Source: an uncultured cyanobacterium (GTDB lineage: Bacteria > Cyanobacteriota > Cyanobacteriia > PCC-9006 > JAAUQQ01). Taken from it: 64,000 nt of DNA. Under the pieces are notes generated by a model. That model saw nothing but the letters and a program-made list of their open reading frames with translations. It did no database searches and was not told the DNA's origin. The position numbers were made by a program, and so were the translations under genes. The stretch is from positions 5,792,001-5,856,000 of the forward strand of contig OY970368.1 in NCBI GenBank assembly GCA_963718615.1. Direction: 5' to 3'. Below are positions 1 to 9,139 of the stretch, in pieces (the first letter of the stretch is position 1; each line of letters opens with the position of its first letter).

Positions 1-343
1 GCCGCCCATGACGCCGCAGTAATTTACCCTCTTCGAGATAGTTGGGATAACCTGCGCCGCCGCCTTGGAAATAGCTATCGTCGTAGACTTCCTGAAGATG
101 TTGGTGCAAATGGGGCGGGAGCTCGATAAACCGATGGCCACAGTTTCGGCAGCCATGGATGAGATGGCCATATTTTTCCAAGATCGGTCGGCTGGGTCGG
201 AGACAGAGGGGACAGGACATTTTGCCCAGGAAGGGGTTGGGAATGTGGGCAGTTGAGGCCGTGAGAACGGGGTGGGAGGAGCGGTGGGCGATCGCCGAGT
301 TCAGGGCCGAGTTCAGGGCCGAGTTGAGAGTCGTTTTGGGCAT
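1..343 (-). CDS. Class I SAM-dependent methyltransferase with N-terminal Zn ribbon (5' part; runs off window start)
   Basis: Not in the ORF track. Manual translation from ATG at 343 (alternative ATG 220): MPKTTLNSALNSALNSAIAH...MSCPLCLRPSRPILEKYGHLIHGCRNCGHRFIELPP...YDDSYFQGGGAGYPNYLEEG. CxxC...CxxC followed by YxxxYF is typical of this family; the SAM motif lies outside the window. Confidence 0.75.
   Translation of the reverse strand, partial: MPKTTLNSALNSALNSAIAHRSSHPVLTASTAHIPNPFLGKMSCPLCLRPSRPILEKYGHLIHGCRNCGHRFIELPPHLHQHLQEVYDDSYFQGGGAGYPNYLEEGKLLRRHGR
294..325. repeat. 12-bp tandem repeat gccgagttcagg x2.7
   Basis: Read directly; encodes NSAL repeats in the N-terminus of the methyltransferase. 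Confidence 0.85.
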
Positions 344-409
344 AACAAGCGAGGGTAATTGTTTGGCCAGAGGCAAACTTTGGATCCTCGATTGGGGGCA
401 AATCTCGGG

Positions 410-449
410 CAGGAAACGGAAATGACAGGAAACGGAAATTCAGGAAACA
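410..449. repeat. 15-16 bp tandem repeat caggaaacggaaat x2.6 (intergenic)
   Basis: Read directly. Confidence 0.8.
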
Positions 450-494
450 GAGAATCGATGATTGAGTCTAGGACCAACCGTTAACCCATAAAAA

Positions 495-1871
495 TCATCT
501 GGAAATCATCGGAACCGGAGCGGTGGCAGTGCCCAGTTGCAGCAGCTTGCGCAGTTTGCGCTGGGTTCGCCAGTAGACATCTTCCATCAGTGCATGGGAA
601 AACTCGCCGTTGCGACCGATGGTGTAGAGGCCATCAATGCCGGTGGTGTGCTCCCACTGCCGCCGGGTTTCCTCGTAGGTATTGAGGTAGACCGGGTAGG
701 CAAAGGGCGTGCGCAAAACGCGACAGCCCAAATACCGCTGGCGAATATCGGGAATCAGGGGCTTGAGATCTTCCAGACAGCTTTCTCCCAGGGCTTCGTC
801 ATCCATGGACCAGAGGCGATCGCCCTTCTCGCAGCCAATATCCACGGTGATCAGCGTCTTACCCGCCGGGGCCAGCCAGGGCATGGAAATCGTTGTTTCC
901 GTAATCCGGAACGTGGTAAATCCCTTTTCCGGTAGCCAAATCACTGTGTCCTTGAGCAAGCCCCGACCCTCCAGCCGCAGATTGACAAACACCATGGGCC
1001 GATAGCGAAACTGGGTAAGGGGTTGGAGGCGATCGCTCCCCCGCACCATCCGGGCCAAAATATGGCAGGGAGCTGTGCTAATCACCGCTGATACCGGCTG
1101 TTCCTGGCCCTTGACCTGCACGGCTTTAACCTGATTGTCTTCCACCCAAATGCCTTCCACCGGCGACTCTAGCTGAATAAAGTCGTCCAGACCCTCCGCC
1201 AGCTTTTGGCAGAGCAGACCCACGCCACCTTCCGGGTAGACATGCCACACATGGGGATTTTCCAGAATTTCGTGGCTATAGCCGCAGCCGACGGCTCGCT
1301 GGGTCGCTCGGGCGGTGGCCCGCAGACGTAGGGTTTTACCGATGGAGTTTTGCATTTTGTCACCGACGGAGGCAGCGAGTTCCGTTGCTGGAACCCCAGA
1401 CCAGGCTTCTAGCAGCGGTAAAGCGACTTCGTTGGCCAAGGTGTGACCGTAGTTGCGTCGGAACCATTCGGCGGCGGAGCTGTACTGGCGGTGTTTGGAG
1501 GTGGGGCGGAGCTGACTGGCAATGCCGCTGGCGGCGTAGCGGGGGGATTTGAGTAGGCCGAAGGGATAGCTGTAGGTGCGATCGCCTATAAACACGCTTT
1601 CGCCGTAGTACTTGACCGTGCGGCACTGGTGACCTACGCCGATCGCTGCTGCCAGCCGATTGTTAATAAAGTGCGCGCCAAAATCGTAGGAAAAGCCGTC
1701 ATCGTCGTGGAAGCTGGTAGCCATTCCCGCAACTTTATCGTTCGCTTCGTAAAGGACAAACGGAACCCCGTGACGGTGCAAAAACGCAGCGGCGGTGAGA
1801 CCAGCAGGGCCTCCTCCAATGATGGCGATGGGGTTGGTGGAAGGGCTGTGGTCTGGATGGGTAGCAATCAT
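495..1871 (-). CDS. FAD-dependent oxidoreductase (HemY/UDP-galactopyranose-mutase-like family)
   Basis: GGGPAG Rossmann motif, FSYDFGAHF, C-terminal GRNGEFSHALMED. Confidence 0.85.
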   Translation of the reverse strand: MIATHPDHSPSTNPIAIIGGGPAGLTAAAFLHRHGVPFVLYEANDKVAGMATSFHDDDGFSYDFGAHFINNRLAAAIGVGHQCRTVKYYGESVFIGDRTYSYPFGLLKSPRYAASGIASQLRPTSKHRQYSSAAEWFRRNYGHTLANEVALPLLEAWSGVPATELAASVGDKMQNSIGKTLRLRATARATQRAVGCGYSHEILENPHVWHVYPEGGVGLLCQKLAEGLDDFIQLESPVEGIWVEDNQVKAVQVKGQEQPVSAVISTAPCHILARMVRGSDRLQPLTQFRYRPMVFVNLRLEGRGLLKDTVIWLPEKGFTTFRITETTISMPWLAPAGKTLITVDIGCEKGDRLWSMDDEALGESCLEDLKPLIPDIRQRYLGCRVLRTPFAYPVYLNTYEETRRQWEHTTGIDGLYTIGRNGEFSHALMEDVYWRTQRKLRKLLQLGTATAPVPMISR

Positions 1872-1900
1872 GGCAATTTCCCTCTGTGTCGATGTCCCAA

Positions 1901-1962
1901 TTTCTCAAACTGGTCTCTCAAGCTGTCTTCTCAAGCTGGTTTCGCAAACTGCTTTCTCAAGT
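1901..1962. repeat. Degenerate ~13-bp tandem repeat (tctcaaRctg..) x5, intergenic
   Basis: tttctcaaactgg tctctcaagctgt cttctcaagctgg tttcgcaaactgc tttctcaagt. Confidence 0.7.
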
Positions 1963-1968
1963 CGAGTT

Positions 1969-2973
1969 TCAAAGCGGACGGCGCAACGTTGCCCGCAGCA
2001 GTGCCCCATGACCCAGGGCCTGATGAATCCGGTCAAACAGCGTAAAAATGCCAAGGGAGAGCGTCGATTCCAGGCTGAATTGGTTCACCAGCCAAGCGGG
2101 TGCCTGCCAGTCCACGAGCCAATTGCGAATGGAATAGACCCAGTTCACCGGACTGACAATGGTTTGCAGTTGAACCACGTCCATCTCGGTATTGCGGGCC
2201 AGCCGCCGTAGCGTCCCCGGACTAAACAAATTCCAGTGGCGGGGAAAGTGATAGCCGCCCCAGTGACGATGGCGGAAAATCTTGAAGTCGAGGGTGTCGG
2301 TGTTGTCGGTGACGATGACCAGTCGCCCACCGGGTTTGAGCAGACGACGCACGGCCCGAATCACTGCCGCTGGCTCATCCACATGTTCCAGTGTGGCGAT
2401 CATGAAGGCGAGGTCGTACTGTTGCTCCGGCAAATCGACGGTTTGGATGATGCCCTGGTGGAGGGTCAACCCCTGATGCTGACCCCTGGCGACGGCGCGA
2501 TCGCTCATATCAACCCCTTCGAGCTGCCAGGTCTTTTTGCCAAACTCCCGCAGCAGCTTGAGATGAAACCCATCGCCACAACCCACATCCAAAATCCGCG
2601 CCGTAGGACTCAGCCCCTGACAAGCTGCCAACAGCCGCTTCGCCTCTAGCCGTTTCCGCACCTGGTAGACAAAGCCATAGCGCTCCTCGGAAAAATCGAA
2701 GGCGTGGTAGTCCGCCGGATAAATGCGGTCGAGGCTGGCGAGGCTGGGGCGAGGGTTGAGGTAAACCAAACCGCAGACTCGGCATTGCACCGCCAGAAAT
2801 GTATCCACACTGGTGCGGTATTCGAAGTCTTCGCCCACAGCCAGGGGCTCGGCATCATCGGAACCGCAGCAGCAGCAACAGACAGTTTCCTGGGGAAGGG
2901 GGCGATCGCCCCCCGCCCGGTGGGGCGCTCCCGCCAGGGGAATCGAAAGCAGGGGAGGGTTAGAGAGGGTCAT
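1969..2973 (-). CDS. Class I SAM-dependent methyltransferase with N-terminal Zn ribbon
   Basis: CCCCCG...CRVCG, ILDVGCGDG motif I, LEHVDEP, LKPGG. Confidence 0.9.
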   Translation of the reverse strand: MTLSNPPLLSIPLAGAPHRAGGDRPLPQETVCCCCCGSDDAEPLAVGEDFEYRTSVDTFLAVQCRVCGLVYLNPRPSLASLDRIYPADYHAFDFSEERYGFVYQVRKRLEAKRLLAACQGLSPTARILDVGCGDGFHLKLLREFGKKTWQLEGVDMSDRAVARGQHQGLTLHQGIIQTVDLPEQQYDLAFMIATLEHVDEPAAVIRAVRRLLKPGGRLVIVTDNTDTLDFKIFRHRHWGGYHFPRHWNLFSPGTLRRLARNTEMDVVQLQTIVSPVNWVYSIRNWLVDWQAPAWLVNQFSLESTLSLGIFTLFDRIHQALGHGALLRATLRRPL

Positions 2974-2994
2974 AGGCCAAAGTAGGAGGGGATA

Positions 2995-4395
2995 TCAAAC
3001 CAGGGTCTGTTTACGGGCAGCAGCAGGGCTCGACAACAGCGAGGGTATCGCCCGTTCCGCCAGCTTCAGCGTGTCGTTGACATTCAGCGTGGCATTGACG
3101 ATGTGGGCGGAGTTGACGATGTGCAGCCCCGGCACGGAGGTGTGCATGGGGGGCAGCTTTTGGGAGTAGCCTAGGGTGGCCAAGGCCATGACGTATTTCA
3201 CCCGCGACACCTGAAACGCCAGGACATCGCTGGGGTGAAACGCCGGGTACATCCGCGCCAGCCCTTGCAAAAAGTCTTGCTTGAGGGCGGCATCAGGAAG
3301 TTGGAGCACCGGGTCATCCGAGGGCACATACTTGGGCAAATAGACCAAACTGCGCCCATGGAATTCCTGGGGATCCACAAGGGTTGTCATTTCAATCACG
3401 CCGGTAAAGGGCAAGCCTTCGTCGGTGATATTGGTGACGTAGTAGCTAGATAGGGGCTTTTTGAGCAGAAGCGAGGCGCAGACGATGCCTTGGTATTCGA
3501 TGCCACGATGGAGTTCGGTTTCAACCGGCGTGAGACCGCCACAGAGATCGGCGGCGATCGCCCCCGGCACGGTCAAAACCACCTGGTCAAAGGTTTCCTG
3601 GCGACCATTGGCAAATTCGATGCAGACGCGATCGCTCAAGGTCGAAAACACCTGCCGCGCCCCATGACCCAGCCGAACATCCACGCCTTCTTGTCGTAAC
3701 ACCTCGCCAAATCGAGACAGGATGCGGTGATAGCCACCGGGAAGGTAGCCAAACATCTCTTCCTTCAGACCGGCGGAGCGGGCCGCGTAGAGACGGGCGA
3801 TGGTGGCCCAGATAAACGCCGCCGATGCTTTTTTGTAATTGGGTCCTAGCTTGGACCGCAGCAGCGGTAGCCAAAACTTCCGGAAGGTTCGGCGTCCCGA
3901 CCAGCGACAGAGCCAGTCCACCACCGAAATTTCTTCGAGCTTGGACCCGTCCTTGATTTTGGAGCCGTACCAAATCGTCAATGCCAGCCGCAGTTTGTCG
4001 AGCCAACCCAGGGCCGGAAACTGTAAAAACTCCACGGCATTGGAGACCGAGTAAAGTTCGCCGTTGGCATAGACGCCGGTTTTGGTTTTGCGCCAAGCCA
4101 TGTCTTGCTCTAAACCCAGCTCCTGGAGGAGCGATCGCACCTGCAAATCCGACAGCAAGGTGACGTGGTAATGCCGGTCCCAGGTCACTGGATGGGTCTC
4201 TGGACCAAATTGCCAAGCACTGGCGAGGCCGCCGAGGCGATCGCCCCGTTCAAACAGCGTCACCTGTTTACCCGCTTGGGCCAGCCGATGGGCCAGGGTC
4301 ATCCCCAAAATGCCGCCACCCACCACAGCCCAGCGTTCTGCGGGCATCGGTTGCCTGGACGTCGGTTGCATAGAAGACTGAGAAAAGTTAGCCAT
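2995..4395 (-). CDS. NAD(P)/FAD-dependent oxidoreductase (HemY-like family)
   Basis: VVGGGILG...ERGDRLGGLA, WDRHYHV, GYLPGGY. Confidence 0.85.
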   Translation of the reverse strand: MANFSQSSMQPTSRQPMPAERWAVVGGGILGMTLAHRLAQAGKQVTLFERGDRLGGLASAWQFGPETHPVTWDRHYHVTLLSDLQVRSLLQELGLEQDMAWRKTKTGVYANGELYSVSNAVEFLQFPALGWLDKLRLALTIWYGSKIKDGSKLEEISVVDWLCRWSGRRTFRKFWLPLLRSKLGPNYKKASAAFIWATIARLYAARSAGLKEEMFGYLPGGYHRILSRFGEVLRQEGVDVRLGHGARQVFSTLSDRVCIEFANGRQETFDQVVLTVPGAIAADLCGGLTPVETELHRGIEYQGIVCASLLLKKPLSSYYVTNITDEGLPFTGVIEMTTLVDPQEFHGRSLVYLPKYVPSDDPVLQLPDAALKQDFLQGLARMYPAFHPSDVLAFQVSRVKYVMALATLGYSQKLPPMHTSVPGLHIVNSAHIVNATLNVNDTLKLAERAIPSLLSSPAAARKQTLV

Positions 4396-4417
4396 AGAAA
4401 ATCCCTAGACCCCATTG

Positions 4418-5071
4418 CTAGGCGGATGTAGTGCTCGGTGGATGCAGTTCCGTGACGACGCGATCGCGAATCTGATAATCCAACCCACACCGCTGACAGA
4501 CGACGGTTTCCTCAAACTGCTCCACCGTGGGAAATCGCATCAGCGGCTCGCCGCAGCGGCAGACGGCTCCCACCGACCGGGCCGGAACGCCGTAGGCCAA
4601 ATGGAAATCGGGAATGGATTGGGTTACCACCGAGCCCATGCCCACTAGGGCAAATCGGCCAATTTCCAAGTCGTTGCCAATGGTGCAATGGGCTCCGAGG
4701 GTTGCCCCTTCCCGCACCCGCGTTGGCAAGGTGTGTTCGTCGGGGGCGGAACTATAGAGTTCTTGCAAATCCGTGGTTGTGGCGCGGGGGAAGCGATCGT
4801 TGGTGAAAATCGTTCCGGCGCTGACCATGACGCCGTCTTCAATCGTGACCCCATTGCAGATATAGACGAAGGCGTTGATTTTGACCCGATTACCGATTTG
4901 AACTTCATAGGCGATGTAGCTTTTACCGCCGACGATGCAGTCTTCTCCTAGGGTGGTGGAGTGGCGAATGTGGGCGTTGTCCCAGACGGACGTACCGGGA
5001 CCGAGGGTGACACCCGCTTCGACGACAGCGGTGGGGTGGATCCGAACGGGCTTGGCCAAGGCGATCGTCAT
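4418..5071 (-). CDS. Hexapeptide-repeat sugar N-acetyltransferase (WbpD/WlbB-like)
   Basis: IHPTAVVE, left-handed beta-helix repeats, FTNDRFPR, GVPAR, C-terminal CRCG...CQRCG. Confidence 0.9.
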   Translation of the reverse strand: MTIALAKPVRIHPTAVVEAGVTLGPGTSVWDNAHIRHSTTLGEDCIVGGKSYIAYEVQIGNRVKINAFVYICNGVTIEDGVMVSAGTIFTNDRFPRATTTDLQELYSSAPDEHTLPTRVREGATLGAHCTIGNDLEIGRFALVGMGSVVTQSIPDFHLAYGVPARSVGAVCRCGEPLMRFPTVEQFEETVVCQRCGLDYQIRDRVVTELHPPSTTSA

Positions 5072-6174
5072 GAGGCGACTCCTGCCAGGGCTTGGCCATT
5101 TTGTCCGGCAGCACCATGTCCGGTGGCACCATGTCCGGTGGCACCATGAGTGCTGGGCTCCAGGGTTTCGCTAAAGTGGCTGATTTGGATCCAGTTGCTG
5201 CGGTTGAGGGATTCGTAGGCGGCGTTGATCACCTCGACGGAGGCGATCGCATCTGCCGCCGTAATCAGCAGGGCTTCCTGGCCCAAGATCGCCCGTGAGA
5301 AATTCTCCAGTTGGCGCGCAAAGGACTTGAGTTTGCTGTAGCCCGTGCCGAAGACAATCCAGTCTTGGCTGCTAGCCTGACGATATTTTGATTCCTTCCA
5401 GCCCACGGAAACTGTGCCGTTGGAGCCATAGATCCGAATAAAATGCTCCAGATCCTTGTTGATACTCCAGGACAGGTCGATGTTGCCCATGACGCCCTGG
5501 GTGCTCTTGACGAAAATCCGCACCGTATCTTCAACGGGCAGCCCTTGAATCCGCTTGCCTTCAACCACGCTGACCTCCGCCAAGGGACCGAGGAAATAGC
5601 GCATGATATCGACGGAGTGGGTGCCGTTGTCGATCAGGACGCCGCCGCCGCTGATAGCCGGGTTGGCGTTCCAGCGGTTGGACATATCCACACGGGCGGT
5701 AAAGGCATTTTCGAACAGGACAATATCGCCCAAAATGCCTGACTGGACAATGCTCTTGGCCTTAATGACATCGTCCACATAACGAAATTTGGAGGCCATG
5801 GTGAGCAATACGCCCTGCTGCCGTGCCGCTTCATGCATCTGCTGGGCACTGCTCAGGTCGATGCTAAAAGGCTTTTCGCAGAGCACATGAACGCCCTGCT
5901 CGATGAAATACAAGGCGATTTCCGGATGAGTAATCGGCGGTGTGCAGAGGATGACGGCATCGAGATCCAGGGCCTCCGCCATGGCTTTGTAGTCGGTGAA
6001 GCTTTGGCACTGGGCGCTTTCCGCCATGGCTTTGGCTGCTTCGGGACGGATGTCTGCAACGCCGACGAGTTGGGCGATCGCCACCCCCTCAAAGGCTTGG
6101 GCATGGGCCTGGGCGATCGCCCCCGCTCCAATAATGGCGAAATTTAACGAAGATCTAGAAGTTGATGAAGTCAT
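5068..6174 (-). CDS. Gfo/Idh/MocA family oxidoreductase (WbpB/WlbA-like NDP-sugar oxidase)
   Basis: IIGAGAIA, HVLCEKP, GGGVLIDNGTH; 4-bp overlap with the downstream gene. Confidence 0.9.
   Translation of the reverse strand: MTSSTSRSSLNFAIIGAGAIAQAHAQAFEGVAIAQLVGVADIRPEAAKAMAESAQCQSFTDYKAMAEALDLDAVILCTPPITHPEIALYFIEQGVHVLCEKPFSIDLSSAQQMHEAARQQGVLLTMASKFRYVDDVIKAKSIVQSGILGDIVLFENAFTARVDMSNRWNANPAISGGGVLIDNGTHSVDIMRYFLGPLAEVSVVEGKRIQGLPVEDTVRIFVKSTQGVMGNIDLSWSINKDLEHFIRIYGSNGTVSVGWKESKYRQASSQDWIVFGTGYSKLKSFARQLENFSRAILGQEALLITAADAIASVEVINAAYESLNRSNWIQISHFSETLEPSTHGATGHGATGHGAAGQNGQALAGVAS
5102..5148. repeat. 15-bp tandem repeat tgtccggtggcacca x3
   Basis: Encodes (HGATG)n in the C-terminal tail of the oxidoreductase. 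Confidence 0.85.
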
Positions 6175-6212
6175 GGAAGTTGCTGAGTTGAGTAGTGAAT
6201 TCGTGCAGTGAA

Positions 6213-7844
6213 TTAATCGGATGAATCGATGCGGTAGCGGTAGAGGATGTAGCGATCGCCCGTTTCCAGCGCCTCCATCTGAATCCGGGGAGCGTTGGGC
6301 AAGCTCAAAATTGGCTTGGGTTGACCCAACTGGGGAAATAGATCCGAGGCCCGCAGCGGTTGCTCGACCATCAGCAGTCCCTGGGGATTACGTTTCAGAA
6401 AATCTCGCGCCTGATTCAGCGTCATTTCCCGAGGCTCGTTGGCCGAAAAGACAAACTGCTGGTCGATATCGGGCCGGTTGTGAAACAAAATTAGATGGCC
6501 TACTTGGTGCGGCTCAAACCCCCAGACCCAAAGCGGTTCGTTGCTGCGATGGCGTTGAACGACGGCGATCAGACCTTTGACCTCGGGAGACAATCGGGGA
6601 ATGGGGGCGATGTTGGCTGCGGGCGATCGCTCAATCCCCTTCAGCAACACCGGAGCCCAGGGCTGCGCCAAATAGAGCACGTATCCCAACGGAAACATAG
6701 AGAACAGCGTGAGCTGCTGCAGCCGCTGGCCGGAAAGCTTGAGTCCTAGCAGATTGAACCGCCGCTGGAATGGCTTGAACAGTTCTGCCGCAAAGGGCAG
6801 CAGTAAATAGGCCAAGCTGAGGGAGTAGCGCTCCTCTAGGTTGAGCGTTCCGGTGATGGCTTTATAAAACAGCAATCCCAGCAGGACCGAGAACGGCAAA
6901 AGCCAAACCCAGGTGCGAGGGCGGCGGATAACGGCTCGAATCGCCCCCAAACTGGCTAGGGCAAAGGCCCCAAACGTCATCCCAAACACCAGCGTCATCG
7001 GAAAAAAGACCAGCCGCACCAGCCGCCGCGTCAGCGTCATTCCTCCGGAATAGGCAAGCACACCTGCCGTGTCGGTGGATTGGTATTTGAGCGTATAAAA
7101 CGCATCGCCATATACCCGCAGACTGTCCCCCATCCAGATCAAGGGAAAGAGCAGGGCGACCAGCCCAAACCCGAGCATGAACTTGGGTTTGGGCAGGAGC
7201 AACAACGCCAAGACCGGAATGAGCGGCCACATCTCGTACCGGATTGCCGCTGCCAGGGTTAGAAAGAATCCCCCCAGCAGGGCTTGGTGAAACTGGCCCG
7301 CGACTCGCCTTGCCTGAGCGAGAAACAGAAGTGAGAGACCCAATAGCAAGACAGAAAGCGGTTCTGACAATGCCATGAGGCTGGTGCGGAAGGCGAGGGG
7401 GGTAAGGAGGAAGGCGATCGCCACAAACAAACTCGCCGAACCTTTTTCTCCCCCCGATTGCACTGCTCCTGCCCTCCCCTCTCTGGACTCATCCTGCTCA
7501 AATTCCTGCCGGGTGAACTGCCAAAGACAGAGCGCCGTCAAGACAGTGACAACAATATTGAGCAGAACAGGTGTCCAAAAGGGCCAGGGGAAAAGCCACA
7601 GGCTAACGCCGTTGATGTAGGTGCCAAAGGGCAGCCAGACCCCAGCTTCAATCCAGTGGGGCGCGGCGGACCACTCCCAAGCCCAATAGGTCCGAGAGAC
7701 TGCGTCCCCATTGACCGTATCGGCCCAGGGTAAGGCCAACAGACGGGTCAGCAGCCCCACTCCCACAATGAGCAACCCTGCTGACCAGCCCCCATAGCCC
7801 TGTTTCGTTGAAGCACGAGACGGAGCGTCTAATTTGACAGGCAT
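6213..7844 (-). CDS. Multi-pass membrane glycosyltransferase, GT-C fold (ArnT/PMT-like)
   Basis: Many TM segments, first-loop NGDAVSR acidic motif, ALSEPL, IRYEMW, ERY, soluble C-terminal domain. Confidence 0.7.
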   Translation of the reverse strand: MPVKLDAPSRASTKQGYGGWSAGLLIVGVGLLTRLLALPWADTVNGDAVSRTYWAWEWSAAPHWIEAGVWLPFGTYINGVSLWLFPWPFWTPVLLNIVVTVLTALCLWQFTRQEFEQDESREGRAGAVQSGGEKGSASLFVAIAFLLTPLAFRTSLMALSEPLSVLLLGLSLLFLAQARRVAGQFHQALLGGFFLTLAAAIRYEMWPLIPVLALLLLPKPKFMLGFGLVALLFPLIWMGDSLRVYGDAFYTLKYQSTDTAGVLAYSGGMTLTRRLVRLVFFPMTLVFGMTFGAFALASLGAIRAVIRRPRTWVWLLPFSVLLGLLFYKAITGTLNLEERYSLSLAYLLLPFAAELFKPFQRRFNLLGLKLSGQRLQQLTLFSMFPLGYVLYLAQPWAPVLLKGIERSPAANIAPIPRLSPEVKGLIAVVQRHRSNEPLWVWGFEPHQVGHLILFHNRPDIDQQFVFSANEPREMTLNQARDFLKRNPQGLLMVEQPLRASDLFPQLGQPKPILSLPNAPRIQMEALETGDRYILYRYRIDSSD

Positions 7845-7867
7845 GGTCGTTGGTTTGTGATGGGTTT

Positions 7868-9100
7868 CTAGCGCAGATGAGCCACAGCGTCTTTCAGGGC
7901 GTTGGCGATATAGTTGACATGCTCATCGGTGTAGGCCTCGTTCCAGGGCAACACCAGCACATGTTCTAGCCCCGCAAAGGTGCCGGGGAATTTGTCTTCG
8001 GAATAGTCCAGGGCTTCGGGGCGAGCCAAGGTAAAGGGGAAGCGGGAGTCGCCAAAGGTCCGCTGATCGCGGAAGACCTCGCAGCGGAAGGCGGGTTTTT
8101 GGATATAGCGAGGAGCGGAGAAAATGCCGTAGTTTTCCCGCAACCACTGGGCCAGCGCCACAGCACCGCCCGGAATCACAGCGCCATCGACGCTGAGGCA
8201 ATATTTCCAGAACACGTGGGTGTTGCGATCGCCAATCCAAGGGGTTTCAATCCCCGCCACCCCTGCCAGCTTGTCCGTCAGTTCCTGGGCAGTTTTCTGA
8301 CGACGAGCCACAATTCCCCGCAGCTTTGGCAGTTGACCCACCAACACTGCACTTTGCAATTCCGTCAGGCGATAGTTCGGTGCGAGGAAATAGTGGTCAG
8401 GCTTTGGATCGCCATACCCCCAGGCTTTATTGATAAACAGCTCCATCCGACGGGCCAGAGTCGGATCGTGGGTCGTAACCATGCCGCCTTCCCCAGCGGT
8501 AATATGCTTACCCTGTTGGAAGCTAAAACAGCCGATCGTGCCGATGCTACCGACGATTTGACCGTTATGGGTTGCCAAGAACGACTGGGCCGTGTCCTCA
8601 ATCACGGGAATGCCGTGGCGCTCAGCCAGGGCCATGATTTCGGTCATTTCGCAGGGGTTGCCAAACAGGTGGGTGACAATGATGGCCTTGGTGCGATCGC
8701 TCAAACCGCGCTCGATCGTCTCCGCCGTCACGTTCCAGGTTTTGGGATCCACATCCACAAACACCGGAATGGCCCCTTGGTAGAGAATGGGTGCCAAAGC
8801 CCCCATGTCGGTAATCGAAGTGGTGATAATTTCGTCGCCGGGTTCTGGGTTAATGGCGGCGATCGCCACATGCACCGCAGCCGAGCCCGAAGCACAGGCA
8901 TGGGCATGGTTGACGCCAATCAGTTGGGCGAACTGCTGCTCTAAAGTTTTTGTAAAATTTCCTTTGGTACTGGTTAGGGTGCCGCTCCGAATTGCCTCAG
9001 CAACCAGATCAATCTCTTCCTGGCCTAAGGTACGGCCCGAAGCCTCTTGATCGGAGGGCAATGTGAGAAACTTGCTGGTGGGTTCGATTGTATTAACCAT
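7868..9100 (-). CDS. DegT/DnrJ/EryC1/StrS PLP-dependent sugar aminotransferase
   Basis: SGSAAVH, VTHLFG, IEDTAQS, FSFQQGKHITAGEGG (PLP lysine), NYRLTELQ. Confidence 0.93.
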   Translation of the reverse strand: MVNTIEPTSKFLTLPSDQEASGRTLGQEEIDLVAEAIRSGTLTSTKGNFTKTLEQQFAQLIGVNHAHACASGSAAVHVAIAAINPEPGDEIITTSITDMGALAPILYQGAIPVFVDVDPKTWNVTAETIERGLSDRTKAIIVTHLFGNPCEMTEIMALAERHGIPVIEDTAQSFLATHNGQIVGSIGTIGCFSFQQGKHITAGEGGMVTTHDPTLARRMELFINKAWGYGDPKPDHYFLAPNYRLTELQSAVLVGQLPKLRGIVARRQKTAQELTDKLAGVAGIETPWIGDRNTHVFWKYCLSVDGAVIPGGAVALAQWLRENYGIFSAPRYIQKPAFRCEVFRDQRTFGDSRFPFTLARPEALDYSEDKFPGTFAGLEHVLVLPWNEAYTDEHVNYIANALKDAVAHLR

Positions 9101-9139
9101 TAAACCTAAAGACTCCTGAGTTGAATAAGGTGGAGGCGT

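Noticed and set aside
495-4395. Heme biosynthesis hemY genes
   Set aside because: Only the generic FAD fold is shared; the context is sugar modification
8099-8944. Long antisense or alternate-frame ORFs over real genes (e.g. 8099-8944, 45100-45912, 57599-58558)
   Set aside because: Shadow ORFs expected from GC-rich codon usage; no motifs
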